In this document: positions 13,562 through 24,612 of the stretch, in pieces
Layout of the letters: every line of letters begins with the position of its first letter
How positions within the stretch are numbered: the first letter of the stretch is position 1
DNA from: Tubulanus polymorphus
Taxonomy: Eukaryota; Animalia; Nemertea
Assembly: GCF_964204645.1 (NCBI RefSeq)
Contig: NC_134027.1
Coordinates: forward strand, 17,756,560 to 17,820,559
Reading direction: 5' to 3'
DNA length: 64,000 bases
Notes under the pieces: model-generated
The model's input: the letters and a program-made list of their open reading frames with translations, nothing else
Told to the model about the DNA's origin: nothing
Database searches by the model: none
Made by a program: the position numbers and the translations under genes

Positions 13562-13966
13562 AAAAATTACTTGAGGAATCATAGCACCATATTTTATCAG
13601 ATACTTGTACAGTCTGTCCTTTAAGGATCCTACGATCTCAGCTCTCAAACATTTCCCCAATACCCTACCCCTCTTCCCCCCATCGTTTTCTCAACTGATT
13701 TGCATCAATCTCAGGAGTGATAAAAATGGACCACCAACTGCGAAATTCAGATTTTTATCTCTGGCACAATGTTATATTGGGCGGCCCCATATAACATCAC
13801 CAATTTGGGTACTATACCAAAATAATTCTTTGCCTAAACTGCACCAGAATTCATAAGTACCCAATGAAAACTTATTTCTGGATGTTTTGCATAGCAATAT
13901 AGTTGGCCAATAGTTGGCCTAAAATTGCATTAGTCTTAGCCTTTATTAGGATTCATAATAACTTAC

Positions 13967-14155
13967 CCTGAGGCTGCATCATGGGAGGAGCCTGTTGCTG
14001 ATTCATGGGCAGCCCTGGCCGATTATAATGACCATTCTGTCCACTCATTGGTTGATTCGGTTGAGAAGAGGGTGGGCCGTTGCTATAACTGCTTGGAGTG
14101 TTCATCTGAGGAATCTGATTAATATTGTTGGCGTTGGCAGGTGGCATTGCACTTC
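13967..14155 (-). CDS. SS18: SS18-like coding exon 5 (GSAMPPANANN...MMQPQ)
   Basis: ttacag acceptor, gtaagt donor, 189 nt, phase 1 to 1. Confidence 0.88.
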
Positions 14156-14351
14156 CTGTAACATTAATTAAACATTGGTTGATGACAATTTTAAGTTCAT
14201 CAATTTTACCTCAGACAATCAATCATTTTTAACCAAAATTGAACTTTTCGGAAGAAATGTTTGAAGCCATATCGCTCAAAAGCCAACTGTTGTATTAGTC
14301 AGAGAGCTAGCTACAGGTAATTCACCTAATTAGCTGACCCCAAGAGTGCTC

Positions 14352-14452
14352 TTGTTTTATAGACTGGTATTATCTTTAACCTGGGGGTTAACTCAATTGA
14401 AAATAAATTAAGTTAGCCCCCCCGGTTAAAGTTAATACCAGTCCATAAAACC
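14352..14452. mobile_element. Small palindromic MITE-like element
   Basis: GTTTTATAGACTGGTATTA..TTTAACC pairs with GGTTAAA..TAATACCAGTCCATAAAAC. Confidence 0.55.
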
Positions 14453-14743
14453 GGCCCAGGTTTATAAGGGAAACTACAACTATCTGGCCTGCCATTCAAA
14501 ACTTATTTGGTGCTATTTTTTCTAGTGCATTATTATCTGATGATCAACCTAGTTACAACAGGTATCATCAAGTAACTTTGTGGCTACCCTTGCCATGTCG
14601 CAACTGCCTTGAAATTGTTATATATGGCACGTTGCATTCTTTCATACAATCATTGTAACTTTCAAGATTTTTCTTTAATTTTCATTTCGAGTTTCTTTCT
14701 TTAATCTTTATTTATAGTCACTCGTCTTTACATGTAGACAAAC

Positions 14744-14819
14744 CTTGATTGAGTATAGGCCCTGATGGCCGCTGTCCCATAGACGATATTCCAGTTTGCT
14801 GGTTGGTTTGACCCGGTGC
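14744..14819 (-). CDS. SS18: SS18-like coding exon 4 (APGQTNQQTGISSMGQRPSGPILNQ)
   Basis: cttcag acceptor, gtttgt donor, 76 nt, phase 0 to 1, linking exons 3 and 5 in frame. Confidence 0.85.
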
Positions 14820-14892
14820 CTGAAGATTGAGAAAACATTTAGAGATCCATTCCGAAATTTAATATAAATTCAATACTCCTAATTTCCCTTAC

Positions 14893-14974
14893 TGGTAATA
14901 ATGCTTGAACATTTTGACTTGAGTCTGCAATTGTTGCTAAATAAACCAGATTCCTGTGTAAAATCTGCTGATAT
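14893..14974 (-). CDS. SS18: SS18-like coding exon 3 (SSXT domain; YQQILHRNLVYLATIADSSQNVQALLP)
   Basis: Close to human SS18 YQQMLHTNLVYLATIADSNQNMQSLLP; tttcag acceptor, gtaagg donor, phase 2 to 0. Confidence 0.96.
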
Positions 14975-15199
14975 CTGAAAAAAAACATTGAGTGAGAATT
15001 TGAAGTACCGGTACATTCAACTGTTAGGCCTAATACCAATCCTGCTTATCCATATTTTCATGTATTCAGTTATTTTTTCTCAGGCCCCATCATTTCTTTA
15101 AGAAATTCTAAATGAAATATGCAGTTAACCTGATTCAAATAATTTGTATTTTAATACAATCTATAATAGAACTGAATTGACGATCAATACATGAGCATT

Positions 15200-15620
15200 A
15201 CTGAAAACCAACCTAAGTTGACATTTTTGGGCACAAAAACTGACAGGGACTTCTTGAATCCAATCAACCCAATTTTCCTCATGCTGGTAGGCCCTTGGGG
15301 GTTTCAAGTATACGGAAAAGATCAAGATAATTGATTGAAAAGGCTTCAAAATTCACCCCGAAAGCCTCAAAAATGTATGATTTTGGTGAACAATAACGGC
15401 TGCTAGTCACCCATCTTGATTCTGACAGGGCCAGTTGTTGGATTGAAGATGTGTGTAGGGTAGATACATGTGTAAACCAAATATCACGACATTACATTGT
15501 TCGCATCTTTTAAACTTCCGAAAATAAGCCTAATTGGATCCATCTACAGATGGATGGACGGACGATGGATGATAAGTGAACGCAATAGCCTGCTGGGAAT
15601 CAAGTCCCAAGTGGGCTAAA
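15200..15620 (-). mobile_element. Older, diverged partial HINE H1 copy
   Basis: Ends AAGTGAACGCAATAGCCTGCTGGGAATCAAGTCCCAAGTGGGCTAAAAA like the other H1 copies. Confidence 0.8.
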
Positions 15621-16659
15621 AAATCTAACATGTCTACCCCTGATTGAACCAAGTAGTTTTTATGAAAATCAATCTATTGACAAGATCTCCATGAAGCACT
15701 ATGCATGTTGTAATCACACACAACTCAAGAACTGCCAACCCCTGAAAATTGTTTCAAGGGACACATCCCCATTTCTGCAACAGCCATCAATTTTCAGGGA
15801 CATCCAAAAAAATTCAGCATTTCAGCTTTTTAACTTAAAATCCAGCACCTATGTTGTGTCCAGGTGAAGAGAGCTGCATCATGAATTAAATTTTCTTAAA
15901 ATTCAGGGACAATATTTGAACAGGATTTCTTACTCAATGCACGGGAAAGTTAAGTTCTGACTTTAAGCTCCACAGTGTTCTTTACCATATCATATCTGAG
16001 TACCGACCCCTAGTGACACTATTCACTAGGGGTCGGTTTATTGTAAGCGGGTAATTCTCTACATGGTAGATATCGTCAGAACGTTTTATTCACCAAACAG
16101 CGCCCACTATCAATAATATAGCACAATATCATACACTGTTTTGGCTCATTCGAATGTGTCTGTATGTCTTTCAGCTTCGTTAATGGTTTCGTAATCCGTA
16201 AACGCATTATAACTTCGGCCAGTTATCGCCGGTCGGTCTACAAATCTTCACACCTATTGACAATTTGTTTGTGACCATAAGTGGATTTAAGTTTGAACAT
16301 ACAATGTAAAACAGGTTCTGCAAATACTAGTGGAGAGAACACAAATTGTGTTTGATTTTAATAACGAAGTGACTGCTCAGTTTTTTCAGCTGCACAACCT
16401 TTCACTAGGTTTGTTTTCCATCATTGTTTTTTAGTATGGATTTACAAGTCCTTAAAATCTAGTAGGCCTATCAACAGCGGCCGAGGACCAGAATAAATTT
16501 AATTTCTAATAATAATGATAATAGTGCTTTATTGACGATTTACAACTTACATATGTATGTATTGAAATATTTCAATAAAACATTTTATCTAATAAACAGT
16601 GATATATTCTTATCTCTGTTATTTTGTTAAGCACGTCAACTAATCAGATTAAGATTGAT

Positions 16660-16830
16660 TATAAGATAAAAACCCACAACACACTATCTACAAATTAAAA
16701 GAATTTTAAAATCAAGAAATTTATTTTTATTCGAACAATCTAAAATATATAAAATACACGACGTTTCGATCTCACCCTAGAGATCTGACACATGACGATG
16801 ATCTCTAGGGGTCTAGATCGAAACGTCGGG
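16660..16830. mobile_element. Penelope-like pLTR remnant with inverted repeat and degenerate hammerhead motif
   Basis: CGACGTTTCGATCT pairs with AGATCGAAACGTCG; homologous to 22364-22720. Confidence 0.65.
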
Positions 16831-17272
16831 TACAATTAGTTCATGCAACTCCCAATGGAACTATGAAAGTACCAGAACAGCACTTTTTACGTGGTAGCCC
16901 ATGTGGATCCACACATCCAGGATATGTGTCGCACTCCTTCAAAATAATGTTTTAAACTGATAAGCATTATTTGGTGAAATCTTTGTGCCCTTCCCTATTT
17001 GATGAATATACGTAACAGGGCATGTGTTCTTCCGAAAACGAAATGTAGTTCCAACAACAAATAGGCCAAAATAACTAATTTGAAAAATAAGAAACGGCTT
17101 CCGATGAAATTCCATAGGGTCGGAGATTTTATAACTGCATTGAATGTTTTCAAAGTTCCGAAGAGAAACGAAGCCTCCTTTGAAAGTTATTTTGTACCGA
17201 AGTCAGAGTGTACTAGAGTCTAGAGTATTTCTTCTAATAGTGGATTTTCCCAATTAAGACAAGCTTACTTAC

Positions 17273-17349
17273 TGTACACATTCTGCAGCTTTTCCTCTGC
17301 TTTGATAGTCAATTATTGTCTGTATCAATTGCGAATTTTCATCCAACAT
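17273..17349 (-). CDS. SS18: SS18-like coding exon 2 (MLDENSQLIQTIIDYQSRGKAAECVQ)
   Basis: Matches SS18 MLDDNNHLIQCIMDSQNKGKTSECSQ; ttttag acceptor, gtaagt donor, 77 nt, phase 0 to 2. Too short for the ORF track. Confidence 0.95.
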
Positions 17350-17467
17350 CTAAAATTCATAACAAATGAAATAAAAGGTAACGTAACAGATCCACATACA
17401 GTATCCATTTAAACAATGTCACTTTCTTTTAATTAGTTCTAATTTTTAACAAATCAATTTGATACTA

Positions 17468-18648
17468 TGTTATGAAATGAGGATTTTACACTATAGTTTC
17501 AATGTCAAATGTATATCTTATGATTATCAGTAAAATAACAATTGTAGTAGACACTCTATTGATTTAGGCCTAGTAATTACCAACTTTGGAGAAAGATAAT
17601 TAATATCATCATAGTTCTGAATAGTATATTTGGCACTCTCTCACATGTCAGTTGCTTATGTCAACTCTAGTCATCACTTATAAATATCTAATTAACATTC
17701 TTAAGATAGTTCAGAAAGTCTAGTTCAGTTGAGTTCAGGATAGATCAGGTCAGAACAGGGCCGACCTGCGAGTCGTGAGCTCCGGATACTATAACGAATA
17801 GGCCGACCTGCGAGTCGCGAGCTTTGACATACATCAATAAATAATATTCACGTCAGATCATCGAAAATATACTAGTTAGTATTCTCCTCGTCTGGATTTG
17901 GTTTTTAAGAGACGTTCGACAAAGGATCGCTTCCGATAGTAGAGCACACCTCTTTAATAGTCTCTCTACAACATACGCACGTTATCAACTGGTCGACCAG
18001 CACGAAAGTACACCTTTCTGCTGATCGTGGAATTGGAAGAAAACACAGTTTACGTCTATTCGTTTCACTGGCGCCCAAAGGGTTTGGTTCTACTTTTAAG
18101 CTAGAGCCCCTGAACCATTCGACCCTCGAGAAGTTGCTCTATCATGCGATGAGAGTCTAGCTACCGGACGATTGAGGACAATCTTCAAATAACGGTGGGG
18201 AGAAATTAGTGGTTTAACTTACCAGCTACTAAGTGAGTATTTTTCTTAGATTTCTAAATATCTGTAGATTTGGTAGTGATAATAGAAATAGATTTTGAGT
18301 AAAAATTCATTTGTATGCTAAGAGATTGTAATTATAATCGATTTAATCATGCCTAGAGTCAATTTAGTCAAGAAATTACTTTTGGAAATAAGAGAACTGA
18401 GATCTGAAGTCAATAATTTGAAACAATTCATGAGATTCAAAAAGCTATCAACAGAATGGCATCGTATTAAAGAATTAGCAGCGATCTTAAATCGTCCAAA
18501 TAAAACCCGTGTATTGACACCTTTGATTTCTGAAGAAAATGATTCTGCGCCTAGTATTAATTTAATTGCAGAAAATCAACAAAATGCGGTGCTACAAACT
18601 CGGGATTCCTCGACCCAGGTGGACAACAGTTTACGTCTATTCCTTTCA
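17468..18648 (+). mobile_element. Internally deleted LTR retroelement: 5' LTR (~17468-18067), PBS, gag start, last ~23 bp of 3' LTR
   Basis: ACTA|TG...CA|ACTA 4-bp TSD; LTR end ACAGTTTACGTCTATTC.TTTCA occurs twice (ending 18067 and 18648); PBS-like TGGCGCCCAA at 18069; coiled-coil ORF from 18349. Confidence 0.7.
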
Positions 18649-18719
18649 ACTACGTATCTACGTCTCCCGCGATTGCCAGTAGGGATTGAACTCTGAAGAC
18701 CCTGTTCGAAAAATGAAGA

Positions 18720-19270
18720 GTGTAGGGATAACCATACTATGAAATATCATTGTCCTGCTATGAATAGTTATTTAAGAATTGAGTGGTTTGTGCAAAAGAC
18801 CTCTAATAACCTTGACCTTTGAACTACAAAATCATGCAGACACATCCTCTCCGCAGGGTAATCATAATATAGAAATACCATTGTCCTGCTATCAATGGTT
18901 CTCCTTGAATCGCGTTTACAAGGTTTCATAAGAATCTAGTAATCTCTCTAGTAACCTTTTCCCCAAAATCAATAGGGCACATCCTCTTCCTAGGTGTAAT
19001 CCTGCTACGCAATATCTATGCTATAAACTGTTCTTCTTGAATCACGTTCACAAGGTTTCACATGAATGACCTGCATTGACCTTGACTTTTGATCCTTGGA
19101 CCCTAAAATCAACAGGGCATATCCTCTCCCTAGGGGTAGGCCTAATCGTACTACGTAATATCATGGTCCTGCGATCAACAATTCTTCTTGAATCGCATTC
19201 ACTAGCTGATGCGGATGGATGGACAGATGGACGGAGGCAGATACAAAGTCCCCCGCCCCGACAAAAAGTT
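18720..19270 (-). mobile_element. Diverged HINE-like element (GACCTT core repeats, GGAC/GGAT microsatellite)
   Basis: Three diverged ~145-bp units with CCTTGACCTTTG/AAAATCAATAGGGCACATCCTC, then GGATGGACAGATGGACGG. Confidence 0.6.
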
Positions 19271-19535
19271 ATTTAATTTGATTTGTTCTGCAATGATGCC
19301 ATAAAAAATTAGGTATTTAGTTCATACCAATGATCTGGAAACTCCCCAAAATCAGAGCACAAGTTGATTAGTTATGATATCTAGTTATTAGTTATGATAA
19401 ATAAAGGTCCAATGGCCCTGTGGCTCACCATTAAATCATTTAGTGCATATATTGTCAAAAATATTATACTAAATATGAATTAATTTCGATTGAAGATGTA
19501 TGAGGCTGACAATATATGCGCCTGCGGATGTGTTA

Positions 19536-20321
19536 AGGCTGGCTTATGTCGACAAGCAACGCGACGCCTACCGACGCAACTGGGTTTATCGCTGATTAGC
19601 GGCAACTAGCGGCCTACGAGAGGCCACCAGTTGCTCCTCAATCGGTTCGACATAAGCCGGCTTGCGACGGCAACGCGACGCCTACCGACTCGTCGCAAGC
19701 CGTATCCGGCTAGTTGCCCATGTTCTACTCCGGCCTATGGTATGCGGGCAGTTGCTTTCGATCGCAGCCGACATAAGCTCATCTGCGACGCGACGGAACT
19801 GAGCGCAGGGGTTCCAGCCAATGAGAGACCGCATATACATAGTACAAATTATCACCGCTAGTTAGCGTCATTCGTAATTAGTCATAAACTTTCAAATTCA
19901 AGTAGTTCAAAACATAAACCAAACCTTCAGCACGGCAGAGGACTGGACCGAAGATCTAGAAACGAAATTGGTAGAATTATGGTGTGAGCGGCCATCTTTA
20001 TAGATGTCGCTAGCACGTATTCAAAACAGAATCAGAAAGATCAAAGTCTTAAAGAAATAGGCCTAGCTTTTCCTATAGAAATATATCTCCTAATAATTCA
20101 AATTTATTCTCAAAGTGCTTATCACGTGACCATTTGAGCCGTTGCAGTTGCTAGTAATCTCAACCGACATAAGCAGGGAAGCAACTGGGAGGATCTCATA
20201 TCCCGCTAGTCGGCCTCAGTTGCTGCGAATCGGAGCGCAGTCGACATAAGCTGGGCTGCGATCGCGGTTGCTCTCAGTTGAGTCGGTAGGCGTCGCGTTG
20301 CTTGTCGACATAAGCCAGCCT
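19536..20321. mobile_element. PIF/Harbinger-type MITE, 786 bp
   Basis: TTA|AGGCTGGCTTATGTCGACAAGCAACGCGACGCCTACCGAC and its perfect reverse complement|TTA; ~40-bp TIR, 3-bp TSD. Confidence 0.9.
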
Positions 20322-22363
20322 TTAGAGTTCTGTGTATACTATGATTGCCGAGTCACTGTGCTATATATAGACTCGCTCAGGTGATTACTAACACCCACAG
20401 CCATATACTGTAACCTATATTCGCACACACGCGGCTGACTGCTGACGCGCGTATATACAAATGTACTAGCGACGCAGTATTAGATTGGCCGTAATTTCAC
20501 AAGTCAGAATACCTCCATTCACAAAATGTCAAAAATATACACATATACGGACTTTTTTTCTAGAAATAAAAAAAATACCGACTATGATTTTTTTCTTAAA
20601 TACCGACTTGGAAGACCCACTACGAACCCTGTCATTGGTATCGTCATACTTGCTAGTTCAGAATTGCAACTGAATTGAATAGCCTACTCGCTTATATTTG
20701 TGTCAACGAACAAATTTTAAGCAAACGTACGATACCTAATTGAATAAAATGTTCGCCATTTTGTCTTGGGTTTCACATTAGGTTTTCCCAATTGGCTTTC
20801 CCAATTACATCAGAGACGCTGAAATTCCCGGAATTTCCCGTATATCCCACAAACAGCCAATCACATTCATTGTAGCTCAGGTTACAAGGTCAACTCAAAG
20901 AAATAGAAGCGAGGAAATTTAGGGGGTTTATAAAGTGAGGGCCTGTAGGTCGAAAAGCACACTGAGATCAGTCGAACTAAAAACGGCGACACTTCCAGGA
21001 AGGATTGAACTTTTATATATTTCAATTCCAAGCATGCAAATTGTCATATATAAAAATGTGCCATTACTCAGTGCTAAAAAGCAGGGTTTTTGCGTGTTTT
21101 TCAAGAATAAGTCCCCTAAAAATAACTCGATCACTATGAAATTTTTGTGGGCTCGAGAACTCATTAAGCCAAACCAGCAGACCAAAAATCAACACAATCG
21201 GTTCAACAGCCAATGTTTGTGCCTTGTTGACACACCGGTACTCTATTCATTTTTAATGAAAACTGCTTCATCAGACCATTTGCATAGGCAAACCTACGGT
21301 TCGCCAAAAAATGTACTGTTGTTTACTGTTTCCTACTGACCCTGTCAAAAAGGTGCCACCCAAAAATTTTTGGCCTCATTGGAAAATAATACAAGAAACG
21401 AAATTCTTAATATGGACTTTCCTAAATTTACATTCTGAGTGTATGTTTAATCGGCATCAAAATTCAACATTGTTACTCTAGATTAGAGATTAAGCAGAAC
21501 AAACGAAAAACAGTGAAAACTATTGGATTGAATTCAAATGATGGGAGAAGACTGACTTTTTACACATAGTTGGATCGAAAATAAGGACGGAAATTATTCT
21601 AAAATTCTTTTTCGAATTATGAATGGAACCGCATAGGCTTACATCTTCGGCATGAAGTTTTTGGCAGAATTTCAGAGAATCTGTACTCCAAAAAGCCTGA
21701 GGTGTCACCCTTGATTGAAACCAGAAGTTTTCATGAAAATATGTCCATTGATACGACCTCCATCACACACAACTGCATGACATATACATGGTAGGGGGTT
21801 TTCCCCACTGACTCAAATAGACAATCCCCACGTTCATGGTGTGATGATTTCTATACAGTGTGTACGAAGTTTGTTAGCCAACTATTTTTGTAAATTGAAC
21901 AATTTCCAAATGATGTTCCCAATTTTACTTTCAGTCTATAAAATTCACTGCTCTTAAAATGCGCAAAAATGTGATTAGAAAGCATCGCGTTATAGCATTG
22001 AGAGCGATACTTATTAGCTGGCACCACCATGCGGCGACCGCGGTAATGAGAGGAGCCGTTATATATTCCCTATGAACAGGATTATCAATTGAAACGAAAT
22101 GACAATATTCAGAAGTAAGTCCAGGGTCCAATCTTTCCAAAAAGTCCTTGTTTTTAATAAGCCGATTTTCTAGCCTCATCAATCTGGATTATCACCTGGC
22201 CAGTCGGCGGTCTCGGAACGGATTATCAAATAAACGCATTTTTCAATAAGGTCATTTCATAAGCTTTCCAGCGATGTATGATATGTGATGATTAACGTAC
22301 GGGAACTGCGTCATCGTTTTTCGTCGATTGACTACTCAGAGATGTCCTAGTAATTCCGACTTT

Positions 22364-22720
22364 GATAAGATAATAACCCACTATTCACAAATTAAAAGAA
22401 ATCTAAAATCGAGAATTTATTAATTGAAACTATCGAAAATATAAGAACACAACGTTGCGATCTCACACTAGAGATCATCGCCAGGTGTCGATGTGAGATC
22501 GAAACGTCGTTTTTTTATATTTTAGATTGTTTCAATTAATAAATTCTCGATTTTAGATTTCGGTCTAACTGCAGTTTGGGTCACCTATCCACTGGGTGGC
22601 GCTAGTGTTATTAAAGAATAGTGTTATGGTAAGGTTAGGTATATAACCACAAGGGACACCTTAACTGCAGTCATACCCAGATTTCTTTTAATTTGTAAAT
22701 AGTGGGTTTTTATCTTATCA
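22364..22720. mobile_element. Palindromic Penelope-like pLTR remnant, with a ~118-bp MITE (22561-22678) in one arm
   Basis: Arms ACCCACTATTCACAAATTAAAAGAAATCTAAAATCGAG... are mirrored; the insert has imperfect TIRs (..ACTGCAGTT) and duplicated AGATTT(C). Confidence 0.7.
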
Positions 22721-23118
22721 TCTGTTCACCACGTTTGAGTGTGGTTATCGTACCAATTCCGGCTTTGGCTATTTTGACTCGTTTTTTTCGGGTTTGAGTC
22801 ATGATTTCTCGGGTGTCTCTTATCCGATTACGTCGCTGAAAGTCTCAAACGAAAAAGTAACCTCTTAGGAATGAAACAAAACTGATTTCGTGTGAATCGG
22901 TCGATGGGTTACAAAGTTATGAGCGATTGAAATGAGACGGTTAATTCTTGTAGCCCTATGTCAAAATGTTAGCTCCCTTTTCTTTTTTTATAGGCGGTTC
23001 CTAGGATACTGGGTCAAATCTTTGATTTTGGGCCCCCAGATATCGTGACGAGCCCCTGTGGACTGTGGTTTGTGAAAATATCCGATCGTGAAACTAAACC
23101 AGTCAGGTTACTGACTAA

Positions 23119-24612
23119 TGTCTATTTATTTTCAATAGTCCACGATCTTTTTGGGATATTTCGCTTAGTTTTGGGTGTGCATACCTCAAATAGGTCTTAA
23201 TCGAATCAGTAGAGTTGTGCAGTCCAGATAAATCATCGTTTTTATAGGCCTATCCATTTTACACTGTTTTGAGGGATTGATGAATATTCTCGAAAATTGA
23301 GCTTTAAATCGTCGAGAAAGACCGCCATTTTGTTCGTATTTGTTTATTTCTTTATGCAAATGAGCCATTGCACACATGCGCAATGAGGCGAGGATGCGTC
23401 AATTATATCATGGATGAAGGAGCTTCTTGTCGCCAAGAGAGTTAATCAACGACTCACGATATTACCCTAGAAAGCTGTTTAGTAAATAAACATGGCTTTG
23501 TCAAAGCTATCAAAACAATGTGGTGCGGAAATGATTTAGGCCTATGTAACGCAACCATTGCGGCCGTGCCCGCGTAGTGAAACACGTGCGAGCATAGTCT
23601 GAATACCAGTCGTTGTTACGGTTCCCTACGTCTGACGCTAAAGTATCATATAGAGGTTAACTCCTGTTAATTGCAATGCAACAACTGATTTTAGTGTCAA
23701 ATCAAACCTTTGTACTAAAATATATTAATTAGTTACCTTGTTGACTTTGAAAACATGTTTTATAATAAAATTTTTGATGATTTAAATCGCGAACCGGAGA
23801 ATTTATTGATTTGATTTGAATTGATTGCCACTATCGGGATTTCCAATACGGACTCAATTAATAAAATGCGAAAATTCAATATATCTCTCTAAAATTACTC
23901 TAAATGTTAATTTTTGTTGATAAAACGCATCAATTTTAACCTTAAGAATTTGAAACAAGAATGATATCTGCATTGGCATCAATGTCAGTCCAAGTTTTAG
24001 TCCTAATCCGTAATTTACGCTCCCACCATGCACCACGAAAAGCCGCCATATTTGTAATGGTGCTTCACTTCAACTGTTTTTCGAGGCGACTTGTCAGAAG
24101 TTTTGAGCTACTACGATCGTCAAAAGCTACTTAGGATTACAAATTTATGCACAAACAATAGTTAACTTCCATCTGATTACAGAACAGTCAGTTTGAGGTA
24201 AGTTGATGGTGTTTTAAGGGGTGAAATAGTCGCTCAAAGCCTAAAATTAACCTTATATGAGCACTTTCGCCCTAGACGTTGTTTGAGGAACAACGGCTAG
24301 GTACTAGACTAGTGCAAGCAATGTACTCTCCCCATTAAAAATAAACTTACCCAGATCACATGGTACACACTGCTCATTTGCATAAAGAAGTAAGCAAACT
24401 GGAACAAAATGGCAGTCTTTCTTGCCGATTTAAAGCTCAATTTTCGAGAATATTCATCAATCCTTCAACTCGGTACAAAATTGATATAAAAATGATGATT
24501 TATCTGGACTGCACAACCCTACTGATTCGATTGCGACCTATTTGAGGTATGCACACCCAAAATTAAGCGAAATATCCCAAAAAGATCGTGGACAATCAAA
24601 AATAAATAGACT
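23119..24612. mobile_element. Non-autonomous DNA element with ~250-bp TIRs
   Basis: 23120-23370 is the reverse complement of ~24371-24611; the mirrored ORFs 23186-23383(-) and 24360-24545(+) reflect this. Confidence 0.85.
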
